Made by a program: the position numbers and the translations under genes
Origin: Asterias rubens
Taxonomy: Eukaryota
Assembly: GCF_902459465.1 (NCBI RefSeq)
Contig: NC_047064.1
Coordinates: forward strand, 21,452,001 to 21,516,000
Direction: 5' to 3'
Length of the DNA stretch: 64,000 bases
The notes under the pieces: model-generated
What the model was told of the DNA's origin: nothing
The model's database searches: none
What the model saw: only the letters and a program-made list of their open reading frames with translations
Shown: positions 42,848-56,820 of the stretch, piece after piece
How the letters are laid out: every line of letters begins with the position of its first letter
How positions within the stretch are numbered: position 1 is the first letter of the stretch

Positions 42848-44376
42848 TGAGGCTGAATAATCCATGTGTCCATGTGTTGTGCATAATGCCTAAAATGAAA
42901 ATACACACCAAGAAACACACATTATTCTATGTATCGTTATCCGTAAAACTAAACTTGCTTCCATTTGGGCTGGAAACCAAGCCATTTCTTGCTTTTTCTG
43001 TTGATTTTCAAAACCACGTTTAAAGCCCATTTTGACAAGCGTAGTTGCACCCGTCAAACCCAAAACTTACAGAAGCTGGAATCGACTTGAAATGTGCACC
43101 AGTGCTTTCCCATACTTACAGGACATGGAAACTGCTCAGATATGCACCCATTATTTCCAATGCTTACATTTTTTACTTAAGAGGTTTTTGCACTACGCAC
43201 AATGAATGCACAGATATGGATTTTCAGCCTAACCCTAAATACCGTGGCAGACATATCAGAGGGCAAAATGATTAAATATCCAAAACTGCAAGTTGAAAAA
43301 GTAAAATTAATATAAATATATTTTACAAAAACTTTTCAGAGTTATGAACTGCGTATGAAAAAATAAAATGCTGTTATTAATGCAGTGTTAAAACTGACCA
43401 CAGCTGACTCCAAAAATGTATTCAACTTGTTTTCAAACAAGATGTAATACAGTGCAGGGTAAAAAACAATTTGAAATCTGGAATTAAAAGGTACTCCAAA
43501 TAGTTTCCAACCACCTTGACTAAGAAACCATGGTAAGAGTGAAGCAAAAAAGGGCATCCGACACTTGTTATTGTAATAACTCTATTCTTGTTACAAAAGA
43601 AAGTAAAATTATCATACAATTCATTTTCAAAATGGTGTGAGAAGTTGTTGGAAGACTAATACGAGCACTCATTATGATTGTACTAATCACAATCACATTG
43701 ATAATTTAACCATAAAACGGCTTGAAAACAAGACTAGTTTGTTAGGTTCAATCTGAGTAAAGTTCAGTCAGTCAGGTATAAAATATATAATACAGAGATA
43801 AGGTACTTCAATTGAATATAAGATCATTTATAAAAGTCGTATGTCAAACAGACATACGACACTAATTAATTGGGAGAATAAGTTTTAAAATTGTACATGA
43901 AGATTTTGGAATGTCTGACTTTCTCAAGCTTAGGCTGGATAGATATTTTTTTTTTCTCTGAGTTGGTGGAGTTGATCGGAAACGCTCTATCCTCTTAAAA
44001 TGCTGATAACAAAATGAAAACTTTACCCTTGGGAAAAAAGTAACACTCTGGTGGTTATTATGAGTTAAAACAAAGCGAAAACCACATTATAATCATTTGT
44101 AAGCAAAAGTAACTTAATGTTTTTGTTTGTTGTGTTGTCATTTAGACAAAGAGAAAGACTGCCAAACAATAGACCATTACCTTTTGTTTGCATTTATACC
44201 ATAGGTCCCGTGGTTGGTAAGCAGTTTGCAACAGCTAATTCTATTTTCTCAATACTGTATGTGAACCAGGCTTCAGACTTGTGTGCGTCAATCACAGGCC
44301 TGGAATTTCATCTTTGAGAGGGCCAAGGTATTTCATACTGCTAAGGGCACTTCCATTGGAAAGTCTTGAAGTCTAT

Positions 44377-44548
44377 TGACCCCTTGCACGCAGGTCACAC
44401 GCGGTGACTGTCGTACGCTCACCATTTTGGTTGGGAGTTATGTTCACGAGTAAACATAATAGCACTTCACTGAATAACGCACTGTGATATTACCCACCAA
44501 TATGGCGCATCCAAGATTATTCTATATGAAGTCGGGTGAATTGGGTCA
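44377..44548. mobile_element. Short MITE with AT flanks
   Basis: ctat-TGACCC...GGGTCA-atag termini. Confidence 0.45.
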
Positions 44549-44979
44549 ATAGGGAGGGAGCTTTTGAAGGGGTGCAAAGGCCAAGACCAGGGCGGCGGAA
44601 GCCAGGACCAGGGGCAACGAGGCGATGGCTGCCATGGCCTTAGTGTAATTCCAAGCCTGCAATCATTGCAATTGTCTCGGTATCACTGGTTTTTAATCAA
44701 TGTATTTGGACACTGCCACAAAGTTCAAGACCTGGCTGGTCCTGTACTATCTAAAAGCAATTATGTATTAAATACGCATGTTTTATCTTAAACAGGTGCT
44801 TTTTCATATACAGTGCAGTGTGATTCACAAAAGTAAATAATTGTTAATCGATTACGCCTTCAAGTAATATATAAAAAGGCACTTATAATAATAATATAGG
44901 GGAAAAACTGCACCAAGCTCATTTTAAATTATTACTTTTTACAAAATGCATATCGACCCTTGATCTCAAATATTCCCTG

Positions 44980-45510
44980 GGTCCAATTTCGTAAACTGAT
45001 AAGCACAGAAAGACATTGCTTAGCGGAAACAGCAAACCAGTCAAAATATCATTGTGTGTATATCACTTGTTAATGGTTCCATGCTAATTTTTGCTTAGCA
45101 GGAAAATTTTCTAAGCACACTGTTCGGCTTAACAGCTTAATAAAACTGGGCCCTGTAGTGAAGGCTTGCAGAAAACATTCACAAGAAATTATGTTAGACA
45201 AACTAAACAGAAATCAGTGATTAATGATGAGGGAGGCTAGGAGGTTACAGGATTATCTTCGGAACTTGGACAAATTTCATAGCACTGAATAGCAGTAAGC
45301 AAATTTTCTTGCTAACTGAGATGCAATCATATTTCATAAGTTCGTTAAGCGGCTAGCTTGCACGCTCACCATGGTTTTGCATTGTTAAGTAATTTTCATA
45401 CAGTAAGCATCATAATGTCAGCTTTCCTTTTAGTGTGCTTATGGTTAGCAGCGCTATGAAATGGAAACTAAAGAGTAGGCACAAGATCGGCAGCTCTATG
45501 AAATGGGGCC
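44980..45510. mobile_element. Two GGCCCAATTTC-family MITEs (44980-45152 and about 45268-45510)
   Basis: ctg-GGTCCAATTTCG...AAACTGGGCC-ctg and GGACAAATTTCAT...ATGAAATGGGGCC-cag. Confidence 0.6.
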
Positions 45511-46267
45511 CAGATTTCTCTCTTGGAATTAAACAATGAATAATCAAGATGTAGAGAAAACAATCTTCAAAATTGAATGAATCTTAGAGCTCAGTGAAAT
45601 AAAATGATGGTTTAATAAGGGCCATGAACTGGAAAAAGCGTTGTGTAGCAACCTTAATATTGTATGAGATCTGATTGAACTTCAAAATGGTATGAGGGGA
45701 ATTATAAAAATTTCATTTGAGATACAAAACAAGAAACTATAAATGCTTTTTATGCTTGAAGCTCAAAACCAAGTGATCCAAAAGTCATTAGGGGATAAGA
45801 CCCAAGTTCTGATCAACAACAACTTATATTTATAGGTGAAATTTTGGGGATATAAACCTAAATTGATGTACCTCAGTCCTCTTACATGGCACTCACAAGT
45901 CCTTCTACCAACCTAAAATTTGACAACCTTTCATGACTACATCCTTGGGAAATTCGTGGAAAATGTAATTAATTTATCTTAGGAGGCAATAAATGAAAAA
46001 TTAAGCGTAAATAAACTTGACCACAGCATTCCATCCTTGGTGACAACACTCGTGGGTTTGTCTCCTGTAGTACACCAGTTAAATCCAATCGGTCCCCCGT
46101 GCCCTAACTGGCAAATCCAACGTCCATTCGAAACATTCCTCTTTTCATGGACTGAGAGAAAGAAAATCTTCACAAAAAGTTCCAGACCAGCTGTTGGGCT
46201 GTGTCCTTTAAGTCCAGATAATTGTTCGTGGCAACAGTAAATAGCTGATTTAAAATCATTATGTACA

Positions 46268-49200
46268 TTAGAACAGAGAACACAACTTCCATTCTTTCTT
46301 CTTCTGTGTTGTTCCGGAACCAACCTGAACCCCTCCTGGCCCCTTGGCTGCACCGCCAGCATCCTGTACAAAAAAACAAACAAAAGAACAACAAAGTGAC
46401 AATTATTATATATTCCTGGTAATGAAACCAATGATGCCTCACTGTAGCTTGCAAGCCTGAGGAAACCTGTAAACAAGGGTGCTTGCTATGTGAACCAGAA
46501 AACACAGGGGTTAACCCTACCCTTTTCACTGTAGCTCACAGGCTTGAGGAAACCTATAAACAAGGGTGCTTGCTATGCGAATCAGAAACACAGGGGTTAC
46601 ATATGCTCTTAATCAATGCATAGAGTAAGGATCCTTACTCTATGATCTATGTAGCTTGCAAGCCTGAGGAAACCTGTAAACAAGGGTGCTTGCTATGTGA
46701 ACCAGAAAACACAGGGGTTAACCCTACCCTTTTCACTGTAGCTCACAGGCTTGAGGAAACCTATAAACAAGGGTGCTTGCTATGCGAATCAGAAACACAG
46801 GGGTTACATATGCTCTTAATCAATGCATAGAGTAAGGATCCTTACTCTATGATCTATGTAGCTTGCAAGCCTGAGGAAACCTGTAAACAAGGGTGCTTGC
46901 TATGTGAACCAGAAACACTGGGGTTAACCCCTACTCTTCCAAGTGTTCTGCTTTTTTGTTTACATGCACAACCAATCCGAGTGTTCGGGACTTACAGCTT
47001 AATGTCAATCTGATGGACAAAGCAACTATGGTGCAAGGTATATTCCTCAAGGACACAAGTGTTACGACCGGGACTTGAACCCACACTCTGCGTCCAGCCG
47101 ACCAGAGTCCAGCCGTCGATTTCACCAAACTCTTCCTAACTTAGGATTATTCTTAGGACTTAGGACGAGTTCAGTTCCGTATCCAAACACGTAGGATGCA
47201 TTGAACCCATCTTAAGTTAGTACGAGTTACTCATCCTAACTCGAGATAGGATTAATCCTAGCGTTTCTTGAAATCGGCTGCAGTGCCCTTAACCGCATGG
47301 CAACAACACAACACATGTACAATATACAAGGTTCAGAAGATTCTCCAGAAGACTCTCATAATCAGATAGTTTGACAAGAATATTGAAGCTGACTTATGGC
47401 TAGGGTTTAGTTATAAAAATATTGATGTCAAAATATTTGTTAGCTTACAAGTTTTCTGTCCATTTTGGCTTTGATGTCTCTTGCAAGAGTGACGAAACCC
47501 TGTCAACAAAAAAGAAGACAAACATTATTCTGTTAAACCCACTTACTGTCTGACCATTGTATATCATCCACTGCAGAAAATACTGCTTAGCAATTTTCTT
47601 TGCTCAGCAAAATATTGAGTGGGGCACCAGTTGCAACAATGTAAACTTTACAGGATTTTAGGACGTATCCACTTTTCTGCTAAGCAACATTTTCCTGTTC
47701 TTAGCACATTTTGTGCTTATATGCCTTAAGCAATTAAGCCCTGGGCCCATTTTCATAAAGCTGTAAAGCAGAAAATACTGCTTGACAAATTTCTTTGCTA
47801 AGCAGAATTGAGAGGGGCACGAGTTGCAACAATGTAAACTTAATGTAATTTGTGCTAGTATCCTATTTCTGCTAGGCAATACTTTTCTGTGCTTTGCAAA
47901 TTTTTGTGCTTGCAGGCTCTATGAAATTGGGCATTACTCATAGATCAGTCCAGTTTAAAACTTACCTCTTCAACATTGATGCTTGCCTTAGCACTGGTTT
48001 CCATGAACTTAATTCCATACTCGATTGCAAGCTGATGATGAACAAAAAAGAGGTAAACATTATTTAAATGTGGCTACAAACTAAACCACCAAATTTTCAC
48101 TACTTCTTCGGGGAAGTGATGGCTCTTCACGCGTACACATTCATCAAGGACAATGGCTGATGACGCATGTTACGGTCCAACTATTGTTCATTGCCTATTG
48201 TTTATTGTTTTAAAATATTTTACTGTATATATTGATGCAATTTAGCTTCGCATTTGCTTTCGTGTTAAGTTTGAAATGGGCTTCATATGCAGCAGAGGAA
48301 TGGGTGCTTACAGCAATTCTTGTTCGTTTGGATTGGTGTGAAATTATTTGTGGTGGATGAAGTTTGTCTGGTAGACCATTGGACCAGATGTGTTTTTTTT
48401 CTTGCCAGAATTGTGAGGCCATTCCCCTAATGCCTGATGGATGTTCTTGAGGTCAGTCGTTCATGAAGAGGTAGACCCAATGCTTGGGCCAATATCCTTA
48501 CTTTTGGCTAACCCTAAAGGCGGAGTCACACTTCAGCGATAACAAAAACTATAACGATCACGACGCAAAGAGAACGCATTCTATTGGTTGAATTGCTCCA
48601 TGCAGAATACGCACACGCTCATTCAACCAATAATATGCATTCTCTTTGCGTCATGACTCTATAAAATGAACTACAAGGATACTTCTCATGGTACTGACTC
48701 AACACGTGATTGACTTTGATACATTGTACTAGTAAACCCGATCCCATGTAAAGCATGATCGGTTTAAGTGCCGTTCTCAGTCAAACAGAATTTCAAAAAC
48801 ATACAGTTGGATTTTTATTGCTTTGGTGTTTGTGTGTTCAGTAAGCAATGCCGTTCCAAATACATTTACTAATCTCGCCATTGAATAACATTCAAGTCAA
48901 GTTTGCAGAGCATTGCTATCGCCATCCTGAGCTTCCAGCCAGCAAGCTTGTCTTCTGGGAGCCCAAGCAAGGTCAAGCTCAAATAGGCAGAGGTCACCTG
49001 ACTTATGTAGACATACTAAGAAGGAACACTATGTTTGTGACAGCTGGGGATATATATAGATGCATGATTGACAGGGAGATCTAGAGACAACTCTGTTGTA
49101 ACATCATTGACCGAGGACAGCACTCGAAACCCAAGAAGAAGAAATATCTAAGTAAACATTCCTTACCTGCTCTCCCTTGTCCTTAGTTACCACTCTTCTG

Positions 49201-52200
49201 TCTTCCATGTCGCATTTGTTCCCAAGGATCATCTTTTCTACATCAGATGAGGCATGCTAGAGGAGTAATGAAAATAGGACAGTACTTTCATATATGCTTT
49301 TTTTTATTATTTTTTTTTTACATTTTCTGCTTGAAGCTGTTAACTGATTGTAGGTTCATAAATACTTGGGATGGATAAACTGTCCCAAGCTGGGACAGTT
49401 TATCCATTTTTATTGGTTGAGACGAGATCACATGACCATGTAAGCTATGCGAATACATGTACATGTATATACAAAGTAAGAAGTGAGTACACGTCACCTG
49501 ACCTTATTACGTCAAAAGAGGGAGCTACACATGTACATGTTTCAGATGATTGCAAATTTCACAGCCCAATTCGAGTTGGTAGGTCGCATATTTTGGCTCG
49601 TGCAAGTTTTAAAACTCCCAAATAGTTTGAAACTTGTGCCTGCTTGAGGAAGTATTCATCGCTCAACACATGCATAGAAAGTCATTGCAGAGTCGAGGTG
49701 AACTGAGGCTAAAGTGTCAGATTTGTTCTCCACTTTTACAGGGTTTTTGAATTTTGTAACAGAAAACAATCTTAACTTCTTAATACTCTGGGGAGACAGA
49801 TTGGTTTGGGTTGTTCTACATACCTCCTCAATATTCCTTATCCAATTCCTGATGTTTTCAAAGGACTTCTGATTTGTGATGTCGTACACCAGCATGATTC
49901 CCTGATCGAAAATAAATACATGATTAAACTGGAATAAACCATCTACATCAGGGATGATATGCGATCCTTTGAAAAAAGTAGGAAACCTTTCATGGAGAAC
50001 AAGGGCTGACCTACACACGGTGTAGGCTTGAATAGACATTTCAGGCTATTAAATTACAATTTCCCTGATGTTTTTCAAGGGCAAACGAAATCGGAAATCG
50101 GAGTTAAGTAGGAAGAATATCATGCCTGTAACATGAACTTTCCATGACTTCACTTTGTTGGGACTTGCTTCCTGTCCTAAACATAAAACCTTTGTTTGTA
50201 TAGTAAATGTTGGCTGTCTGCATCAATACAAGTTAGAAACCAATAGTAAATGCTGCACCTTACCATGGTTCATAGATAGTAGCATACTGAACCAGTAGTA
50301 GCTATCTTAAAATAACAGTATTACAACAGCTAAAGACCGTTTAAAATGATGTCATTCAAAAGTCGGAAATGTAGGAAGAAACATGACTAAACCAAACTGT
50401 GATATACACGTATGAACAACAAATTCTTTCAATTACAGCCCGGTAAAGGTTAACTAAAATACACTTACGAACCCTTACTGAAATGACTAATAGTGTAGTA
50501 ATTCAGGCCTGATACTTCACGGAGGCAACGGAGGCGATTGCCTCCGTTGCCCCATGCCATTGCCTTGGTGCCCTTGAAATGCTCCAGTAGAACTTTACAA
50601 TTTCCTCATAGGGTGCCCTTTGCCACAGAGAAAATGCCTTGGTGCCCTTGCCCTTTCAAAAACGAAGCATACAGGCCTGGAAACATTAAGGTGTCTTACC
50701 ATTGCCCCTCTGTAGTAGGCAGTGGTGATAGTCCTGAACCTCTCCTGACCGGCTGTGTCCCTGTAGGAATCATAGTCACAAATTGATCATCTTTTTTTTC
50801 TAAATTATTTAAATTGTCGGATATCCAATCTTTTTAATTATTATGTTTACTAAAAAATTCTGTTAAACGTTCACTGATTGATTTGAATTTCTCTTTTATT
50901 GCACACATTTAAACAAATCTATGACATTTATTTTAAGAAGAAGACACAACTCCAATGAAGGAAACAGCAGTAATTCACTTTAAAGATATTAGTTTTGCAT
51001 CGGGATAAAAAATAAAATTTGTTTTTACCCTTACACTGAGGTGTTTAAAAGGAATATTACAGAATTGGTAAGAAACAAAAATCTCGTGAACAACACATAT
51101 TTACATAAAATTTACACGGCCTTATGATGATGATAGTAGAAAACATCCCTTGAAATATTTTTGTCTCAAACTTCATAATATCTGACGAGAAACAAATAGT
51201 CTAATTTCGCGTTTGGAGTTTATCGCTCAGTGAGCATTTTATTCATTTTTGTTTTGGCATCGAAGCAATGCAAAATTTGTAAGCGCTTTTTTTTTTTACT
51301 AATCTCTCGTGACCCAGATGGCCCAACGATCTCAAAATTCTACAAGTTTGTCAGTTTATGTGTATGGTGGATTACATAAAGTGCTTACACTGCCAGCAAC
51401 TTTTTTGCTAGCAAAACCAATTCTGTAATGTTCCTTTAAGCACTGTGTACTTAGTACTTTCCAAAGTTCTGTTGATCTACACAGTAGAATGGAAGCTCCT
51501 CAAGTTTTTCACAGAACTCAGGACAGTACTGACTATACCTGCTTTTAAAGGCAGTGGGCACTATTGGTAATTACTCAAAATAATTTTTAGCATAAAACCT
51601 TTCTTGGTGACGAGTAATGGGGAGAGGTTGATGGTATAAAACATTGTGAGAAACAGCTCCCTCTGAAGTGCCATAGTTTTCGAGAAAGAAGTAATTTTCC
51701 ACGAATTTGATTTCGAGACCTCAGATTTAGAACTTGAGGTCTCGAAATAAACCATCTAGACGCACACAACTTCGTGAGATAAGTGTGTTGTTTTCTTTCA
51801 TTCATTATTATCTCGCAAGTTATCTCGCAAGTTCGATGACCGATTTATGCATATGTTGAGGTACACCAACTGTGAAGGCTAGTCTTTGACAATTACCAAT
51901 AGTGTCCACTGCCTTTAAAACACACCGGTGTATGGGTAAACACAATTTATACACACATACTCACCATATTTGCAGTTTAATTTTCTTGCCATCTAAATCT
52001 ATTGTTCTGATTTTGAAGTCAATGCCTGCATCGGATGAAGGGAAAAAACAGTGGCTGATCAACACTTTAAAAGGAGCAATATTGTCAACTTCGTTGGTAC
52101 ATCAATTTCACAAAGCACAAAGACTCATCTTTAGATGATCACCATAGTGATTTGTAAACATCACACTTTGCTTAGCAATTAAGACTGATGCACAGTCAAG

Positions 52201-55134
52201 CTCATTCTTACCTCTTTGATTTTTTTACAGAACATGACGTCTTATCATTTGAGGCGTTTTAAATAATTTCACCTTTATCCAAACAATAATTCCAGATTAC
52301 TTGTCTCGAATTTCGAAACCTCTTTGCTAGTTTATTGGAAATTTCTTACCGATTTCTCAAGTTGTCAAAATGTGTTAAATCAAGTATGGCTAAAATCAAT
52401 TACAAAAAAGCTCCATTTAGCTTTAATCAGGCAACTCAGTTTTTGTAACAGTACCTAGTAAGCATTTTCACTTCTCTACTATGAACACCACAATACTTCT
52501 TTGATAGTAAACATTTGTAAGTACATATGATACATACTTTGGTATTGCACAAAAGGAAATGGGTTTCCCCTTTGCATTTGGACATGGAGATTTTTTTTAA
52601 AGGTACATGAACTACAAGGGATTGGTTAGAATAATAAAACAATAATTGTAAAATGTTTGTTTAATTTTAGTCTGAAAGCACAAAATTATGAAGTTAATGG
52701 TATCTAGGACCACTCTTTCTGTGAACATTAATATCCCTCTGAAATAAAAATCATAAGAAAACTTTATCTGTAAACCTAAGAGAAAATAATATGCTGATTT
52801 TTGTTGTCACAACAACAAAATTATCAGGACGATGTGTTAACATGTCGAAAATTGTGCGTGTTTGTTTCACTATTTTCTGCCGACTCTCATACAACCGATT
52901 AAGCCCAAATTTTCACAATGTGGTTGATCAAACATGAAAACAAAACATGAGCACTAGGCCTATCTGTCTAATTGATTATTTTGTCAGCTAGATTCTACCA
53001 ATCCTGTATACCTTTAAAGGAATACAATTTTATGAAGAGTAAATTCATTCCCATTCTCTAGTTTTCCTCTCCTGAGAGTTTCTTTCTTGATAATAACAAA
53101 TCCTACATTTTAGCTATATGTTATAGATTGTTGTTCCCAGTGATATTCTGTGTAATATAACCTGCCAAACATCCTGCAGTTTGACTGCTTGTAACATGCC
53201 ACTTTTCCTCATATTGGGGAAAAGAGAGGTCAAGTAACAGCCAGGAGGATTTTTTTAAGTGTATGGTGACATTTTAAAGGGGAAATGGTGCTCCGGAAAA
53301 AGGGGAAAAGACGACAGTGAGTCACTAACCACAGTGTATTGGTTGAGTTTCTAGGCTTTATACTACAGCAGTGTGCACAACCTGCAAGGGGTAAAAGGCC
53401 CTGGATTGGAGGCAAATGATAATAGCTAAAGCAAGGGTATACCTTAGGTAATTAATCCAAAAATTATTTACCATAAAAACTAAACTTACTTGGTCAGAAG
53501 CAATACAGCTGTTGTTAATAATGTAAAACATTTTTAGAAACACTTCCCTTTAAAGGAATGTTGTTTTAGAAAGAGAGTTTTTAAAAACATTTCAATCTGA
53601 GAACCAGTTCTCAGATAAGACCCAGTAAATGGGGCGCTGTACTCCTTTTTTCGAAATTTTGACATTCTCTGTCGTACTATCTAGTTCGACAGAGAATGAA
53701 AAAATTTAGAAAAAAGGATTACAGCGCTCCAGTACGACAGAGAATGTAAAAAATTTAGAAAACAGGAGTACAGCTCCCCAGTTACTGGGTCTATTCTCAG
53801 ATTCTGTTTTTCTAATTAGGGATTATTCTTTTTAGTGGAACCCCTCCAGATGTTTGCCGACTCAGAAACACTTCCACCTTTTGAAATGAAATGTTCACGG
53901 ATTAGTTTTATTGCATACATTCTCTGTAGATTTAAAACAATGAAACTGTTTCAAGAACCTAGGCATACTTTGCCTTTAAAAAAAGGAAATTGGCAACATC
54001 AACAGCCAGCAATACAAAGTGACGGCTCACATGTCTTTTTTAACTCCACTGTTTCATTTCCCTGATTTAAGTATTTTTTTTAGTATACTGTTTTTGTTTT
54101 GATGTATTTAAACAACTTTTTTGTTTCACAATAAAAACACTTTTTTGTAACAATCTACCAGGATTTGTATACTGCATGACCTAACACTAAGTTTTACTAG
54201 GCTAGATAATTACTTAATTCATTGAATGAAGTACCAATCAAATTTGCCAAGTGTAAACCTATTTTATAAGCATTTTTTATAGGAAGTTCGAAATTAAAAG
54301 ATAAATAATGTCACCATTTGTTATTCAAATTTTACAGAATATTATTCTATAGTAGAATTACACAAGTGTCCTCGTCGATGAAGAGAGTAGCATTTGAGTG
54401 AATTGAGTGAGTAGCATTTAAAACAAATAAAGGAAACAAACTATATTATAGTATCAACATTATTCATGATGTTATTTTAAATTAAGTGTGAATCAGAAAA
54501 ACTATGCTGATGTATAGTCATTATGTTCATTTATTTTAAGTAACACAAGTTTATACAAGTATTGTCATATAACGAGTACAATTTGTAAAACAAGCATGCC
54601 AAGTTTCAATAAACCATTAAAATTGCATTTATATTTTAATCAGTAAAATTTAAAAAGAAACTCAACAAATCAAACACAGAAGTTTTAAAATTACTTTTAA
54701 TAAATAAAAAAGTTCCAGCCTAGCCAGGCTCAACCCAACCCAATGCTGGATTTCTAAAATAATAATATTTCGTCGTATCTTCCACTGGTAGTGGTATCCG
54801 TCTGAGCATTAAAAATGTTTGTATTTACGAAAGTAAATTTGTCAATAATTCAAATTGCCAAAAGCGCAAGTTGTCACGAGTGCATGACACATACACGATG
54901 GTCGAGTTGTCCAACACATTGAGTTTCAATGGAGCGGAACCGATCACCACGACAAAAACCGATTCTACTGTCCCAGTTTCAAAAGAGTTTACAAATCACT
55001 TAATCCTTACCTATTGTTGAAATGAAAGTCGAATTAAAAGCATCCTCTGAAAATCTGAAGAGTACGCAGGTTTTTCCAACACCAGAATCACCGATTAAGA
55101 GTAACTTGAACAGGAAATCATAGGTTTTAGCCAT
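46268..55134 (-). CDS. RAB8A: Ras-related protein Rab-8, 8 coding exons, 208 aa, ending in CAAX-type CSLF
   Basis: Exons on the - strand: 55011-55134, 51965-52025, 50700-50760, 49824-49901, 49167-49256, 47966-48031, 47449-47499 and 46268-46363 (124/61/61/78/90/66/51/96 nt, all GT-AG, 627 nt). The protein is [92 protein letters not shown]...ILGNKCDM...ETSAK...WKLCSLF. It is an invertebrate pro-orthologue of RAB8A/B. Confidence 0.97.
46444..46930. repeat. 207-bp tandem repeat (about 2.3 copies) in the last Rab8 intron
   Basis: gtagcttgcaagcctgaggaaacc recurs at 46444, 46651 and 46858. Each unit has an internal sub-repeat of about 87 bp and the palindrome catagagtaaggatccttactctatg. Confidence 0.92.
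46950..47310 (-). mobile_element. tRNA-derived SINE interrupted by a CCGTCGATTTCAC MITE (47113-47280)
   Basis: The B-box side gggacttgaacccacact is at about 47070-47087 and the A-box side cttaaccgcatggcaacaacac at about 47288-47310, with the MITE between them. Confidence 0.65.
47744..47932. mobile_element. GGCCCA-family MITE
   Basis: ctg-GGCCCATTTTCATAAAGCTG...GGCTCTATGAAATTGGGC. Confidence 0.65.
50504..50680. mobile_element. CAGGCCTG-terminated short element
   Basis: caggcctgatacttc...gaagcatacaggcctg; a related fragment lies at about 44295-44370. Confidence 0.45.
51050..51435. mobile_element. Kolobok-like MITE (AGGAACATTACAGAATTGG termini)
   Basis: aggaatattacagaattgg...ccaattctgtaatgttcct-TTAA. 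Confidence 0.65.
51549..51914. mobile_element. Kolobok-like MITE (AGGCAGTGG family)
   Basis: TTAA-AGGCAGTGGGCACTATTGG...CCAATAGTGTCCACTGCCT-TTAA. Confidence 0.85.
53619..53792. mobile_element. AGACCCAGTAA hairpin MITE
   Basis: AGACCCAGTAAATGGGGCGCTGTACTCC...GGAGTACAGCTCCCCAGTTACTGGGTCT. Confidence 0.7.
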
Positions 55135-55380
55135 GTTTCTTGCATGTCTAACATGGGTATACTACAGTGACTAATGCGTAGTCTTTAGGTTTACCTGGTA
55201 CCCGGTAGTTTAGTGCGCTATCCCGGTTGAGCTTAAGTCTTGTTCCCGCCTCTTCGTATTTCCGTCTAATGTAATATCATTACACGTTGTATTATTATTA
55301 TCGTATACAGGCTACAGACGCGTGACGCTGGACACCAACTTATAATCTGGGAAACACCCTTATTTGAATAATTTATTGAC

Positions 55381-55397
55381 ACTTCCGGTTACGTCAT
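55381..55397. promoter_or_regulatory. Adjacent ETS and CRE-like sites in the promoter of canonical Rab8 exon 1
   Basis: ACTTCCGG followed by TTACGTCAT, about 250 bp upstream of the ATG; typical housekeeping-promoter motifs. Confidence 0.45.
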
Positions 55398-55964
55398 CCC
55401 TTCTTAGGTATTCCCCAAGACAAAAGTTCTAGTTTTTAAATTATATTTTGTTCCAGTAGCTTTGATTTTTAATGATAACTCGAAAAATCTGCTTCTGTAA
55501 ATCCCGTTGACCGTGTCGGCAATTCTGATTTTGTTTTATAAATCTGGACTGCAAGTTGGTTTAGTTTATAATGATAAACATATACATTTTTGTTTTCCAA
55601 GCTCTACACAAACATAATATCGATTCAACGTTTGTAATAATTTTTATGAATGATATGACATGCTAAAATCAATCAGCTTTGATTCAGTACTGAACACTAA
55701 TTCTAGTCATCGTGGACAAAACCCACTTGGCTCAGTAGGTAGGATTCGAACCCATAACCTATCAAAAGTTGATATTATATTGTGAGAAACGGCTCTCTCT
55801 GGGGTTACGTAGTTTTTGAGAAAGAAAGATGATAATTTCTCACTATATTTGAATTATGATTCGAGACCACAGCTGAGGTCACAAGCATCTGAAAGCTCAC
55901 AACTTGTGCGACAAGGATGTTTTTTTCTTTCATGATCATTCTCTCGCAACTTCAGACGACCAAT

Positions 55965-56106
55965 AGGAGACTTTCCAACGCTAGGCGGCAGCAGACATAC
56001 CGGGTAAATTTCCATTGTTTACGTAGTTCTGAACATACGCATAATTCTGATAACAATGGATTTACCCGGTAAGTCTGCTGCCCTCTATCGTCCCAGAAAG
56101 TCTCCC
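55965..56106. mobile_element. 142-bp AT-target MITE nested in a truncated Kolobok-like element (about 55780-56160)
   Basis: The host sequence gaccaattgagc is split as gaccaat[AGGAGAC...GTCTCCC]attgag. The insert matches 20863-21004. Confidence 0.8.
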
Positions 56107-56820
56107 ATTGAGATCAAATTTTCACAGGTTTGTTATATGCATAATGCTGGGGCCAAAGTGATGTCTTGTGAAAATCTGTAACACACACCCTCACAATATA
56201 ATCCTGAATATTTATCACATCAAGGTTACCGTGGCGGGTATAAATATGACCGCGGGTTTCATGATCAGTTCAAGGCTGAGGTAACGTGTCATGAATTGCC
56301 AACAAAGAGTGCACCGAAAAGGCCACACACGTAAGCCTACTCACGCGCCAAACTCATTAGCATAGGCCTAACAATTGCCAATAATTATACTCTTTAATAC
56401 AATTTCTGTGGTTATGCAACTGACTTATGTAATACTATGATGACAAATTACCTGAGGGTCCCATGCTTCAACTAAGAGACTTGATAAATTAAGCCTTTAA
56501 AGTGGGTCCTATTAATTTTAGATTGTAAAGTGGATAAGTGCTTCGCGCGAAATTAAAACTGCAGTGGCAGCAAACTCGGTTTGGAAAATTACATTTATAT
56601 TTTTTGGAGTAGTTTTTCCTTGGTGTAATTAGCAAAAAATCCAAATGGAACTAACACAAATTTAATAGAAATCTGAAAATAGGATTGATTGTTTTTTTCA
56701 AGAGCCTGAGAGACTTGTTACGTTTGTAATCAGCATTATTAGTGTTGGTTGCCATATGGGATTATTTAGTGTGGTGCAGCAGCGCGCCCTCAACATTCCC
56801 ATTTACTTATGCAGACTTAC

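Noticed and set aside
46170-46210. GAC ACA GCC (DTAQQ) on the - strand as a second Rab exon 3
   Set aside because: Wrong phase, no G3 continuation (stops after 11 codons) and located in the Rab8 3'UTR; coincidence.
40200-46260. Additional protein-coding gene between HINT1 and Rab8
   Set aside because: No coherent exon chain or recognisable domain; consistent with Rab8 3'UTR and intergenic DNA plus repeats.
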